DNA of 64,000 bases from an uncultured bacterium (GTDB lineage: Bacteria; SAR324; NAC60-12): the NCBI GenBank assembly GCA_964010765.1, contig CAXGMD010000001.1:14988-78987 (forward strand), in the 5' to 3' direction. The stretch's first letter is position 1, and every line of letters starts with the position of its first letter. The notes beneath the pieces were generated by a model. That model was not told where the DNA came from. It was given only the letters and a program-made list of their open reading frames with translations, and ran no database searches. A program made the position numbers and the translations under genes. This document shows positions 10,651 to 20,452 of this stretch, one piece after another.

Positions 10651-10884
10651 ATGCCTCAAAGTGTCCATGAAAGAATAGAATTTGAAGATAATCTGCTAGA
10701 AGAGCAGCAGCGCAAAGAATCTCAAAGGCAGGAAGTGCAAGACGCAATCAACCAGTTTTTAGCAAAAGGTCGACAAATTGAGATCTTACCTCCACAGCAG
10801 GTCCAAACAAGATCAGTTGTCGGCGGGGAACAATGGAGTGATTACGAAAATATAGATGATGTCTTGCCATTCAATTCTCGATGA
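10651..10884 (+). CDS. small hypothetical protein (77 aa), acidic/Gln-rich
   Basis: ORF preceded by AAGGGA Shine-Dalgarno-like sequence in a very AT-rich promoter-like region; followed by palindromic elements. Confidence 0.45.
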   Translation: MPQSVHERIEFEDNLLEEQQRKESQRQEVQDAINQFLAKGRQIEILPPQQVQTRSVVGGEQWSDYENIDDVLPFNSR

Positions 10885-10923
10885 GGCAGAGACTTAGAAA
10901 TAAGTACAAATTTAGCAAAAAAT

Positions 10924-10941
10924 TTTGTGCAACTGCACAAA
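10924..10941. promoter_or_regulatory. Perfect palindrome TTTGTGCA-AC-TGCACAAA (operator-like)
   Basis: 8-bp arms with 2-bp spacer, seen directly; the loop is too tight for a stable hairpin, so a dimeric protein binding site is more likely. Confidence 0.4.
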
Positions 10942-10965
10942 TATCTTGTAATAGCAAAATTAAGT

Positions 10966-10992
10966 GTGCTAATTTAATTGTAAGTTTAGCAC
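10966..10992. promoter_or_regulatory. Inverted repeat GTGCTAA-N13-TTAGCAC among repeated TAGCA(A/C)AA motifs
   Basis: 7-bp arms with 13-nt AT-rich spacer; TAGCA-containing motifs recur at about 10912, 10952, 10967 (reverse) and 10986. Confidence 0.35.
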
Positions 10993-11220
10993 CTAAAAAA
11001 GAGTTCGATGCTGATTCGAATTCAAAATAGCTAGCCGCAGGCCAATCTTGGTTTTCAACTCCTCCCTAAAAAAAAGTTGAAAGTTTCATGTGCCAGGAAA
11101 ATCGAAAACGGTCTGACCGGTAAGATGTCTGCGGAAAAGCTATTCCTCACCATAAGCAGTTTCCTGCTGCAACTCATATTGTAAAATCCTTCCCTTTTTC
11201 AGATTCTTCTTCAAAAATTC

Positions 11221-11682
11221 TCAGTAATACTGTGGACGAAGCTCTTTAGCCGCCTTGATAAGCTGATTGCGCTGTTTGTTGAGTTTCATTACGTCCGAAG
11301 CCCATTGTAGGACAGACCTGGCATACTCAGGGGGCAAACCTAATTTACCAGCGATACTCTTAAACAAATCTGCTTCATCACGTGTGACCTTACCGTTAAT
11401 CGTGATCACTGTAGCCAAATAAAAATAAATTGTGGCAGCTTTGTTCATTTTTTCATCGAGCCGTCCTAATTCAAGTTTTGATCTTGATTTTACGGCTGTC
11501 ACCAATTCAACAATTTCACTTTCATCTTCAAGAAAGCTGATAGCAGCTTTAAGAGAAATTAGTTCCTCATTATCCACTTGGCCATCACCTAAAATGACAA
11601 CACCTATTGCCTTTGCTAACCAACTCCGGCTCTCTTGTGAGAGATTGTTAATGAATTCACTTTCTAAACTTACTTCAAACAT
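11221..11682 (-). CDS. TerB-like (tellurite-resistance TerB / DjlA N-terminal family) domain protein
   Basis: Two repeats of the TerB-type motif (VILGDGQVDNEELISLKAAISFL and ITINGKVTRDEADLFKSIAGKLGLP); about 150 aa as typical for TerB. Confidence 0.5.
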   Translation of the reverse strand: MFEVSLESEFINNLSQESRSWLAKAIGVVILGDGQVDNEELISLKAAISFLEDESEIVELVTAVKSRSKLELGRLDEKMNKAATIYFYLATVITINGKVTRDEADLFKSIAGKLGLPPEYARSVLQWASDVMKLNKQRNQLIKAAKELRPQYY

Positions 11683-11777
11683 AGCTGGTCTCTCCTGCTT
11701 AGGCTTATTAAGACGATTTTTGAGATATTATCTTCTTCGGTTACTGCTCATTTGGTTAAGAACCAAAATACTTGGAT

Positions 11778-13421
11778 TTAGAGATCGATGGTAATTCGAT
11801 AAAGTATGTCCTCCTGACTTTTTCGGTTGCTTTCGATAATTCTTTTTTCTTTAAATTCAGGGAAGATTTCGAGTTTACCCTTCAACTTTTGTAAATTCTC
11901 ATAACTATCAATCGCACCATTCATTGAGAATCTATCTGAGGAAAACTCTATTCGTTCTAAAGATAATTTGGTATCAGACTCCATTAAATTAGTAAGGCGC
12001 TCCAAAAATTTTAAGCTGATATAATTTCGATCAGCAAAATTATCACTTAGTTCAAGTACTTGCATTCGCTGCGTTATTAGATTTTTTAAATGACTGATTG
12101 CCTGGTCAGCTTGAAGATTAGAGTTGGGTAGAATTTGTGAAATTTGTTGCTGCAACTGAAGATCTGAGTGAGTGATGAGTTGCTGCTTTGTTTTGATTTG
12201 AAGAAAGGAATTTCCTCCGAGTGATCCAAGAAAAATGATTGAAAGTAAGATGACTGCAGCAAGACCAAATCTATTTTGTTTAACAAATCTTTGGACAGGC
12301 GTTCCTTGTGAAAAGTGAGATAATGGATGCCGATCAAGAAAATTTGGGAAACGCTTTGGCATGTCACCTAATATGCCCCAGGGATTCCGATCTGAAGGCT
12401 CGTCAGTGCCCCTTATTCGAATGTTACTATCGACCATTGCAAGCGATTGTTCGCCATCCGTTACTTTTGTTTCAACAGATTCACTGGCCTGAAGTTGTTG
12501 CGGAGATGATTGTTCGGCATCCCCTTCTAAAACTTGTTGATCAACATGGTTAGTTTGTAGTGAGACTCTCTGATTATGCCAATTAAACAAACTTGCAAAC
12601 ACACCGTGGAAAGAAATAGAAAGATTTGAGTAATCCTCAACATTGCTCCTCAGGAATAAATTAATCTGTGAACACAACCATACTAATTCATTCTTAATCG
12701 GCCTCAAATTTTCAGTGTTAACAGCAAGCTTCTCTCTTAATTCGATAGCATTTTGTTCTTCACTTTGACGGTAATGGTTTTCAACAACTTCAAAAATACG
12801 GTTAGGGAATGATTTTACCGTCAACAGATCACCCTCATAAAGGACTGAAACAAAGCACTCGTCAACTCCAACATATACTTGGAAGCACTTGCCAACTTTC
12901 CAATCACGTGGAAGAAATCCAGCAAGAAGGCTTGCAGAACTTAAAACTCCCTGAAGTTCCAAGTTTTTCTTTGAACAAAACTCAACGAGATAATCTCTTT
13001 TTTCTTTAGAAACTAACTGAATAAGCGCTTTTGCTTGACCCTCATCAACCAGTTTTATTTGATAAGTGTAATGATAGTCTTCAAGGTGGCCTAAGATCTC
13101 ATTTCCAAGCTCAAAAGGGAGAACTTGTTTGATTTTTCTAGTATCCTGAAAAGGAAATACTAATGTACGGAAGGTGATTTCTTCAGAGGGAAGCACAAAT
13201 AGAACTCTGGTATCCTTCAATGGATGAGAATTTATGTATTCATTGACATTTTTATCGAACTTCTCCAGGACTTTCGTCTCGGAGTCAGTGCCATTTTCTT
13301 TAACTAGAAAAAACTGGCTATCAAGCCTGGTCAACAAATTAATCTCGGATCCACGCCGTTCAACATAATTTGCTTCAATACATCCAGGATGTGCTGAGAG
13401 GACGTAGGTTCGCCTGTCCAT
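11778..13421 (-). CDS. Bitopic membrane protein with GspL/PilM-like cytoplasmic domain and PilN/GspL-like periplasmic coiled-coil domain
   Basis: N-terminal segment (VLPFELGNEILGHLEDYHYTYQI) resembles the PilM/GspL actin-like domain. One TM helix (FGLAAVILLSIIFLGSLGG) is followed by a coiled-coil periplasmic part. Likely start is the ATG at 13421, 4 nt after the rnr stop, with AGGA 8 nt upstream, rather than the 13472 of the ORF track. Confidence 0.35.
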   Translation of the reverse strand: MDRRTYVLSAHPGCIEANYVERRGSEINLLTRLDSQFFLVKENGTDSETKVLEKFDKNVNEYINSHPLKDTRVLFVLPSEEITFRTLVFPFQDTRKIKQVLPFELGNEILGHLEDYHYTYQIKLVDEGQAKALIQLVSKEKRDYLVEFCSKKNLELQGVLSSASLLAGFLPRDWKVGKCFQVYVGVDECFVSVLYEGDLLTVKSFPNRIFEVVENHYRQSEEQNAIELREKLAVNTENLRPIKNELVWLCSQINLFLRSNVEDYSNLSISFHGVFASLFNWHNQRVSLQTNHVDQQVLEGDAEQSSPQQLQASESVETKVTDGEQSLAMVDSNIRIRGTDEPSDRNPWGILGDMPKRFPNFLDRHPLSHFSQGTPVQRFVKQNRFGLAAVILLSIIFLGSLGGNSFLQIKTKQQLITHSDLQLQQQISQILPNSNLQADQAISHLKNLITQRMQVLELSDNFADRNYISLKFLERLTNLMESDTKLSLERIEFSSDRFSMNGAIDSYENLQKLKGKLEIFPEFKEKRIIESNRKSQEDILYRITIDL

Positions 13422-13425
13422 ATTT

Positions 13426-15666
13426 TCAATCCTGAGAAGAAGGTGATTTCGATGGGAAACCCAAAATGTCAAATTCCATCAGGCGATGAAGGGTGTCGGC
13501 TCTGGTTAATCTAAGTTCTACTCTATCTTCAGCTTCTATTAGCCTTTTTGTTCTACGGCCCTGCAGAACTAAATTAATTTCATCAAAAATGTAGTTGTCA
13601 TCTTTCAGGGCTTCAACGGGCAGGAACCAATCAATCCGGTAGGGAAGTAATTCAACTCGGAATCCATTATTTTCTGTGGAGACAATTTGTCCTTCCATAG
13701 TCTGGCCAATGAATTTTTCCATAAAGTTGACTTTCATTAAATTAATACTCTCTAATTCAGCTTTTTCAGCTCTCCTCTCTTGCTCAGAGAGATACTCAGC
13801 CATCAAGATGGATGGAATTGAATGTGGAGAAGGCTTTACACCCAGTTTTGCGTGTAGTTCGTGTTTCAAAGCTCTGTGTGTAACGAGATCTGGATATCGC
13901 CGGATCGGTGAAGTAAAGTGGGAGTAATATTTCGCTCCTAATCCAAAATGTCCCTGATTATCAGTCTCATAAGTCGCTAAAGCCATACTTCTTAACAAAA
14001 TAATCTGTAGTTGATTTTTATTTGTCAGATTTTCAATTGACTCTAAAACTTTGTTGAATTGACCCGAATCTGTAAGTGAATTTGGGGAAACTGGAATATT
14101 GAAACGCTGGAAGACTTTTTTCAATCGTTCTAGTTTCGACAGATCAGGTGAACCATGCACTCTGTACAATGCGGGTAGCCTATTGCCTGTGCAATGTTTT
14201 GCTACCGTTTCATTAGCTTCAAGCATGAATTGTTCAATCAGTTTCATGGATGATGATTGGAACCTTTTGGAAACACCTACCATCTGGTTTTGATCATCCA
14301 ATTCAATTTGTTGCTCGGCGAAATTAAAGTTAATTGCACCTCTCTTGGTTCTCTTTTCCTGAAGAGCCTTTGCAACCTCATTCATTACGATCAGGTTGTC
14401 TAAAATTTCTTTGTTTCTGATCGTTCTAGTTTGGCCTGTGTCTAGAAACTCAGCTACATCTTCATAAATTAAACGAGCTCGACTGCGAATCACGCTTTCG
14501 TAAATTCGGTAACTCTGTACCCAACCAGTGGAATCGATTAGCATTTCGCAGGTCAATGTAAACCGGTTAACATCAGGCTTTAGACTGCACAGATTATTTG
14601 AAAGATTTTCTGGCAGCATTGGAATCGCATGAGTTGGAAAATAAACACTCGTTCCTCTGAGATATGCTTCTTGATCAATAGCACTACCTGGCCGAACATA
14701 GTGAGCAACGTCTGCGATTGCTACATATACCTGCCAAGAACCATCCCCGTTTGATTTAGCAAAGACAGCATCGTCAAAGTCCCGTGCTGTTTTGCCATCG
14801 ATAGTGACAAACCCTAAATCTCTCTGATCCAATCTAGAAGTGGAGGCATCATAAACAACTCGACTCGAGAAAGCTTCAGCTTCTTCCAGGGTTTCAACAG
14901 GAAATTCCGATCGAATCTGATTTTCTGTCAGGATGAGATTAAAGCCTAAATTTTCACGAATTTCCTTGCTGACAGGCTGGAGGACCTTTGCATAAAGTTC
15001 ATTGTCATCTCCGTGTTGAGAGAGCAACTCTACTTCAACCAAAGTTCCTGATTCGATGGTTGATTGGTCATCCCCTTTGAGAATTACTAATGGAGGAACC
15101 CCATTTCTTTGATTAATTGGGATCGCCAGATTAGTTCGCTGCCCACGAACTAATCTTGCCAACATTTTACTGGTTGAACGTTGAAGGATTTTCTGAATGT
15201 ATCCTCGAGAGCGATCATTACCAGGTTTTGTAAAGGCTCGAACCTCAACCAAGTCTCCATCCATAGCCCCATTCTGATCCCCCTGGGGTATGAAAACATC
15301 ACTCTTTCCTTTGCCAATATTAACAAATCCAAACCCTTTACTTGTGGCGATGAATCTGCCCTCAACAATGTTTGCTTCTCTGATTGATGGCTTTTTAGGA
15401 TGCCTAAGCCTTGGATTTTCAATGGATTTTTTCTTTTTATCCTGATCCCCTGTCTGCAGGTCACTATGAGCAAAAAGGTTCCCCTTTTGCAAAATTAACT
15501 TTTTGAACACTAGTTTCCTGAGAATGGATTTTACCTTTGGGCTTTGATCTTTACTGACCTTCAGTTGCTCTCTGACTGCTCTTGGAGACATCCAAGAGCC
15601 TCCTGAACGGAGTACATTTAAGATTGAGCTTTTCTTAATTTTCATGGTTGTCGTACCAAGGAACAA
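13426..15666 (-). CDS. rnr: Ribonuclease R
   Basis: RNB catalytic domain and C-terminal S1 domain (GQIVSTENNGFRVELLPYRIDWFLP), N-terminal HTH/cold-shock region; 746 aa. Confidence 0.9.
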   Translation of the reverse strand: MFLGTTTMKIKKSSILNVLRSGGSWMSPRAVREQLKVSKDQSPKVKSILRKLVFKKLILQKGNLFAHSDLQTGDQDKKKKSIENPRLRHPKKPSIREANIVEGRFIATSKGFGFVNIGKGKSDVFIPQGDQNGAMDGDLVEVRAFTKPGNDRSRGYIQKILQRSTSKMLARLVRGQRTNLAIPINQRNGVPPLVILKGDDQSTIESGTLVEVELLSQHGDDNELYAKVLQPVSKEIRENLGFNLILTENQIRSEFPVETLEEAEAFSSRVVYDASTSRLDQRDLGFVTIDGKTARDFDDAVFAKSNGDGSWQVYVAIADVAHYVRPGSAIDQEAYLRGTSVYFPTHAIPMLPENLSNNLCSLKPDVNRFTLTCEMLIDSTGWVQSYRIYESVIRSRARLIYEDVAEFLDTGQTRTIRNKEILDNLIVMNEVAKALQEKRTKRGAINFNFAEQQIELDDQNQMVGVSKRFQSSSMKLIEQFMLEANETVAKHCTGNRLPALYRVHGSPDLSKLERLKKVFQRFNIPVSPNSLTDSGQFNKVLESIENLTNKNQLQIILLRSMALATYETDNQGHFGLGAKYYSHFTSPIRRYPDLVTHRALKHELHAKLGVKPSPHSIPSILMAEYLSEQERRAEKAELESINLMKVNFMEKFIGQTMEGQIVSTENNGFRVELLPYRIDWFLPVEALKDDNYIFDEINLVLQGRRTKRLIEAEDRVELRLTRADTLHRLMEFDILGFPSKSPSSQD

Positions 15667-15803
15667 TTAAATGTTTGTGAAAAAATTCATAATCTTAAAT
15701 GTCGATCAAATTCATTGTGTCAAGCAAATTCAAATCTACATATAAGCAAGGCCTTGGCCATGTGGTCCTTTGGAAAAACTTGGGGTAAAGGCCAGAAAAA
15801 AAC

Positions 15804-16973
15804 ATGATTGCGTTCTCCTCAGGGATTCAAACCCTCAGTTTTTGGCAGCGGACTGGAAGGTTTCACTTTGACACCATTTTGATTTGCGCAGTCCTGTTTC
15901 TTTTAGCTTGGGGCACCATCATGATTTACAGCACAAGCGCAGTTTACGCAGGATTACGCTACGACAACAGTTACTATTTCCTCCAAAGACATTTGGTTCA
16001 TATCATTTTGGGATTTGGCGTCATTGCATTAGCAACCCTAACTCCCTACCACAGATGGAGAGATTGGCTCCCTCTGATGATGCTAATCATGTTAGCGATG
16101 CTGGTGATGGTATTGATCCCAGGGATTGGCCATGAAGTCAAAGGCGGCAGAAGATGGCTGCGGATAGCTGGTTTCGGAATCCAGCCAGCAGAATTGATGA
16201 AAATTGTTCTGATCGTTTACCTTGCTTCATATCTGGAGCGAAAACGACCATTGATCCAATCTTTCAGTCGTGGCATCGGACCATGTCTGCTTGTAAGTGG
16301 TTTCTATATGCTTTTGATTCTGTTACAACCAGATTTTGGCACAGTGGTGTTGCTTTCAACAACAGTGCTGTTGATGCTTTTCGTTGGTGGTTGTCGGACT
16401 TGGCACTTGCTTGCTTGCTTTAGTGTGGTTGCATCATTAGGTGCAGCTCTGGTTATGACACAAGCCTATCGCATGAGAAGGATTCTCGCTTTTCTGGATC
16501 CTTGGGAAGATCCTCTAGATTCAGGTTTTCAAATCATACAGTCATTTATAGCGATTGGGACTGGTGGGTGGTTTGGTCGTGGACTTGGAGAGAGCAGACA
16601 AAAGTTATTCTTCCTTCCTGATGCACATACTGATTTTATTTTTGCAATTTTATCAGAAGAATTAGGCTATTTTTGGGTCTGCGCACTGGTGGCACTCTTT
16701 GGGATTTTCATCTGGAGGGGATTTTGGATCGCTTGGCATGCGCAAGATGAGTTTGGTAAATATCTCGCTCTGGGGTGCACTTCAGTTTTAAGTCTTCAAG
16801 TAATTATCAACTTATTTGTTGTCTCAGGAATGCTTCCGACAAAAGGTATTCCACTACCGTTCATCAGTGCAGGTGGATCTGCTTTAATAATGGCAATGAT
16901 CTGCACTGGAATTCTGCTAAATATCAGTCATCATATACATTCACCAACAAACACATCCTCACCAAACAACTGA
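15804..16973 (+). CDS. FtsW/RodA/SpoVE (SEDS) family peptidoglycan glycosyltransferase
   Basis: 10-TM SEDS architecture and conserved stretches (IQPAELMKIVLIVYLASYL, FIFAILSEELG, PLPFISAGGSAL). Confidence 0.85.
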   Translation: MIAFSSGIQTLSFWQRTGRFHFDTILICAVLFLLAWGTIMIYSTSAVYAGLRYDNSYYFLQRHLVHIILGFGVIALATLTPYHRWRDWLPLMMLIMLAMLVMVLIPGIGHEVKGGRRWLRIAGFGIQPAELMKIVLIVYLASYLERKRPLIQSFSRGIGPCLLVSGFYMLLILLQPDFGTVVLLSTTVLLMLFVGGCRTWHLLACFSVVASLGAALVMTQAYRMRRILAFLDPWEDPLDSGFQIIQSFIAIGTGGWFGRGLGESRQKLFFLPDAHTDFIFAILSEELGYFWVCALVALFGIFIWRGFWIAWHAQDEFGKYLALGCTSVLSLQVIINLFVVSGMLPTKGIPLPFISAGGSALIMAMICTGILLNISHHIHSPTNTSSPNN

Positions 16974-16992
16974 ACTCTTCCGAGGGTGATCA

Positions 16993-19761
16993 TTGACTCT
17001 CCAAAAACTTCTCCTCCATCTAATTTTATTTATCTGTTTGTGTGAAAATACCCTCTCAATTCCTCATGCTGAGACAGTAAAATCCAATCAGAATGAAATC
17101 CTCTCAAAAATTCATATTGATTGGCAAAATTGGTTAGTCGCACTACGACAAAATTCTAATGCTGTAAAGGAGTTGGTCAGCAAAAGTGAGGACTGGAGGG
17201 ATTTGAGAGGTTCAGGCCCCTTTGCCGGAATGACAGTGGTTATGTTGACTACAAAGATGGGTAGTATTGAGCAACTTGAAATAATTTTGGCAAGAAAACC
17301 TGATCTCTCAACTCAAGATGAATTAGGCAAGACAGCTCTTCATCATTTACTTGAACGCAAAGGAATCTTCACTGGGCATCTCAAAAAATTGTTGGAGGCT
17401 GGTGCGCCAATTAATCAAGGTGATGTGATTTCAAATAATCCGCTTCACTTGGCTGCAGCAAAAGAGGGAGTAGAGAGTTTAGAGTTGCTCATTCAATATG
17501 GTGCGAACCTAGAAGCAATGAATCTTTCTGGAAAAACACCTCTGATGGTAGCTGCTACAAATGGTAGAAAAGCGAACGTAGAGTTTTTAATTAGTTCTGG
17601 TGCAGATCCACTAGTGGAATCTGCCTCTGGATATAATGCCTGGATGTTTGCTGCAAGAGGGGGACATGAAAAGATATTAGAACTTTTAATCCAAAATTCT
17701 GCTTATCAGATTGAACATACAGAGAAGATGCATTTAAGAAATGCACTTCACTTGGCCACAATTGAAGGCCATTTGGAAACAATCAAATTCTTAATCTCCT
17801 CTGGATTGAACGTCAATCAGGGGGATAATCTTGAATTGACACCACTTCATCTAGCTGTCAGTTCAAAAAAACCAGAATCAGTAGATCTTCTCCTCAATAA
17901 TGGAGCGAGCGCTTATCTCCAAGATAATACAGGTATAACTCCCCTAGAGTTGGCAGTAATGTCAGGGGATCTGCAAATACTTAAACTACTTTTAAAACAG
18001 CCTCCAGATGCTCCGTTGGCAACTTCAGCAAGAGAGAATGCATTAAGAGAAGCTGCATTTCAGGGTAATTTTAACTTAGTTCAAGAACTGGTTCAACAAA
18101 ACATCGCTCCACATACCAAGAACATAAATGGACAAACAGCATGGATTGTGGCTGTTTCTGCGGGGAACAACGAAATTGCCGACTATCTTGCTTCACAGCC
18201 TGGACCACAAGCTCTTAACGTCATTTTTGCAGCAGAATTTGGTTTCAATGAACGTCTTTCAGTTCTTCTCAAAGAAAATGTTGGTGTAAATATTTCAGAT
18301 GTTCGAGGATTCTCTCCACTAATGCTTGCAGCAGGCAGAGGTGATGTAGAAATGTTGTCTAGTCTAATCAAATCTGGTGCTGACATTAATCACCAAAGCT
18401 TACAAGGCTGGAATGTACTCTCTTTGGCAATCTCAAGTGGTTCAATAGAAACAGTAAAAAAGATATTACAAGTAGATTCAAAATTGATTTTTCAAGAAGA
18501 TAAAGAAGGTTGGAACGCACTGCATTGGGCTGCATTTCATGGTGATTTAGAGATCATTAATCTCCTCTTACCTTTCACTGATGACGTGGACAAAAAAGAT
18601 CATCAGCAAAGAACTCCACTTCAATTAGCAGCAATAGAGGGTCATCAAAGCATCGTGAGAACACTGATAGAGTGGAAAGCATCAGCGTCTTTAAAAGATC
18701 AATCTGGTCGAACTGTAATGGAACAAGCAATTCTGTATCGGCAAAAGGATGTTCTAGAAAATCTTTTTATCCTGGGCATCTCGGCCAGTGCGGGTCTCAG
18801 GTACGCGTCTTCAATTGGTGAAGTAGAATTATTACCTTTATTTCAAAAGTATGGAGCCAATCTAGATGAAGCAGATGAAGATGGGAATACCCCGTTATTG
18901 TTGGCTGTTTTAGGTGAACATCAAGAAACTGTATCTGGGTTACTTGATTTCGGTGCTGATCCAAACCTGACGAATGCAAAAGGACTGACTCCTTTGATTT
19001 TGGCCATTAGAAGCCGTCAGCCTAGTCTTACATCGATTCTGTTGAAGTATCCATTAGATCTTGAAAGGCAAGATCCTTTTGGAAATACATCTTTATTGAC
19101 TGCTGCTCTCAATGGAAATGAAGAGATTGTAGACCAATTAATAATTGCTGGGGCCAAATTAGAGCATTCAAATTACATGGGACAGAATGTTCTCCATCTA
19201 GCTGCATTACAAGGGCAAGTAGGTATAGTCAAAAGATTACTTGATGCGAATTTAAGCCCAATGAAGACAGATCAATTCGGGTTGACTGCTTTTCATAGGG
19301 CTGCTGAAAATGGTCATGCGGGTGTGATTAGAACTTTTTTGGAAACGAAAACAGTCGATCTCAATATTAATGTTCTTGATGCACACGGTGATGGTGGTAC
19401 ACCATGGCTTTTAGCTGCTAAACGCGGTCACATCAATGTGCTCGAAGTTTTGTTAGAAGCCAGTGCAGATTCTGATGCTGTTGAACTGCTCAACGGAACA
19501 ACTGCCCTTCAATTTGCCTCAGCAGAAGGAAAAGAATCTACAGTTCGATGGTTGTTAGAAAAAAAACTATCAAAAATTGATGAAACAGACTTTTTGGGAA
19601 ATACTGCCCTGCACTACGCATCTCAAAAAGGTCAGGAGTTAGTTATAGACGAATTGATGAGGTGGGGAGCAAATCCGCAGAAAGAAAATTATGAAGGAAA
19701 AATACCATCAGAGATTGCTCAAAAATTATCAAATGACACTACACTAAACACTCTTAATTAG
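16993..19761 (+). CDS. Secreted ankyrin-repeat protein (922 aa, about 25 ANK repeats)
   Basis: Signal peptide LLHLILFICLCENTLSIPHA followed by many 33-aa ANK repeats (TPLHLAA..G..E....LL..GA); gene looks AT-richer than its neighbours. Confidence 0.9.
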   Translation: MTLQKLLLHLILFICLCENTLSIPHAETVKSNQNEILSKIHIDWQNWLVALRQNSNAVKELVSKSEDWRDLRGSGPFAGMTVVMLTTKMGSIEQLEIILARKPDLSTQDELGKTALHHLLERKGIFTGHLKKLLEAGAPINQGDVISNNPLHLAAAKEGVESLELLIQYGANLEAMNLSGKTPLMVAATNGRKANVEFLISSGADPLVESASGYNAWMFAARGGHEKILELLIQNSAYQIEHTEKMHLRNALHLATIEGHLETIKFLISSGLNVNQGDNLELTPLHLAVSSKKPESVDLLLNNGASAYLQDNTGITPLELAVMSGDLQILKLLLKQPPDAPLATSARENALREAAFQGNFNLVQELVQQNIAPHTKNINGQTAWIVAVSAGNNEIADYLASQPGPQALNVIFAAEFGFNERLSVLLKENVGVNISDVRGFSPLMLAAGRGDVEMLSSLIKSGADINHQSLQGWNVLSLAISSGSIETVKKILQVDSKLIFQEDKEGWNALHWAAFHGDLEIINLLLPFTDDVDKKDHQQRTPLQLAAIEGHQSIVRTLIEWKASASLKDQSGRTVMEQAILYRQKDVLENLFILGISASAGLRYASSIGEVELLPLFQKYGANLDEADEDGNTPLLLAVLGEHQETVSGLLDFGADPNLTNAKGLTPLILAIRSRQPSLTSILLKYPLDLERQDPFGNTSLLTAALNGNEEIVDQLIIAGAKLEHSNYMGQNVLHLAALQGQVGIVKRLLDANLSPMKTDQFGLTAFHRAAENGHAGVIRTFLETKTVDLNINVLDAHGDGGTPWLLAAKRGHINVLEVLLEASADSDAVELLNGTTALQFASAEGKESTVRWLLEKKLSKIDETDFLGNTALHYASQKGQELVIDELMRWGANPQKENYEGKIPSEIAQKLSNDTTLNTLN

Positions 19762-19771
19762 ATCCTTACAA

Positions 19772-20437
19772 ATGAAAGAGCATGCCTACGTATTCGATGC
19801 TTATGGAACACTACTAGACATACATGCTGCTAGTCACAAACATTCAGTCTTGTTGGGAGAAAATGCTTCTCAAGTCTCAGATCTATGGAGAAAAAAGCAA
19901 TTAGAGTATACTTGGTTACGAAGTCTGATGGGAGTCCATGTTGATTTTTGGGAGATTACGAAGGATACCTTGTCCTACGCTTTAGAGTATTTTGAAATAG
20001 ATCAAGAAGGGTGTTTTGATGAACTTTGCTCAAGTTATCTAGAAATTCCTTGTTACGCTGAAGTCCCTCGGCTGTTGGAAAGTTTGAAAAATCAAGGACA
20101 CAAGGTTGCGATTCTTTCAAATGGTTCTCCAAATATGATTCAGAGTGCTGTGAACGCAAACAAGCTTGAAGACTTGTTTGATGCGATTCTATCAGTCGAA
20201 GATGTGGGGGTCTTTAAACCAGCTCGAAAGGTATATAGCTTGGTTGAAGAAAAACTAGGCGTTATTCCTGGAAAAACTAATTTTTTCTCATCAAACGCTT
20301 GGGATGTTGCAGGGGCTAGTGTTTTTGGATTTTCTGTAGTCTGGGTGAATCGATTTAATCAACCTGCAGAAAGACTACCTGGAATGCCTCGGCTGACGGT
20401 AAAGAATCTAGAAGAATGGTGGGAGAAAGAAGGCTGA
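19772..20437 (+). CDS. HAD-superfamily hydrolase, type II haloacid dehalogenase-like
   Basis: N-terminal DAYGTLLD nucleophile motif and HAD motifs II/III (ILSNGS, SVEDVGVFKP...SSNAWD). Confidence 0.8.
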   Translation: MKEHAYVFDAYGTLLDIHAASHKHSVLLGENASQVSDLWRKKQLEYTWLRSLMGVHVDFWEITKDTLSYALEYFEIDQEGCFDELCSSYLEIPCYAEVPRLLESLKNQGHKVAILSNGSPNMIQSAVNANKLEDLFDAILSVEDVGVFKPARKVYSLVEEKLGVIPGKTNFFSSNAWDVAGASVFGFSVVWVNRFNQPAERLPGMPRLTVKNLEEWWEKEG

Positions 20438-20452
20438 CCTAAAGGTTAAAGC

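Noticed and set aside
10487-10747. 86-aa minus-strand ORF in the AT-rich spacer
   Set aside because: Low-complexity translation of AT-rich DNA that overlaps the better-supported plus-strand 77-aa ORF and its promoter
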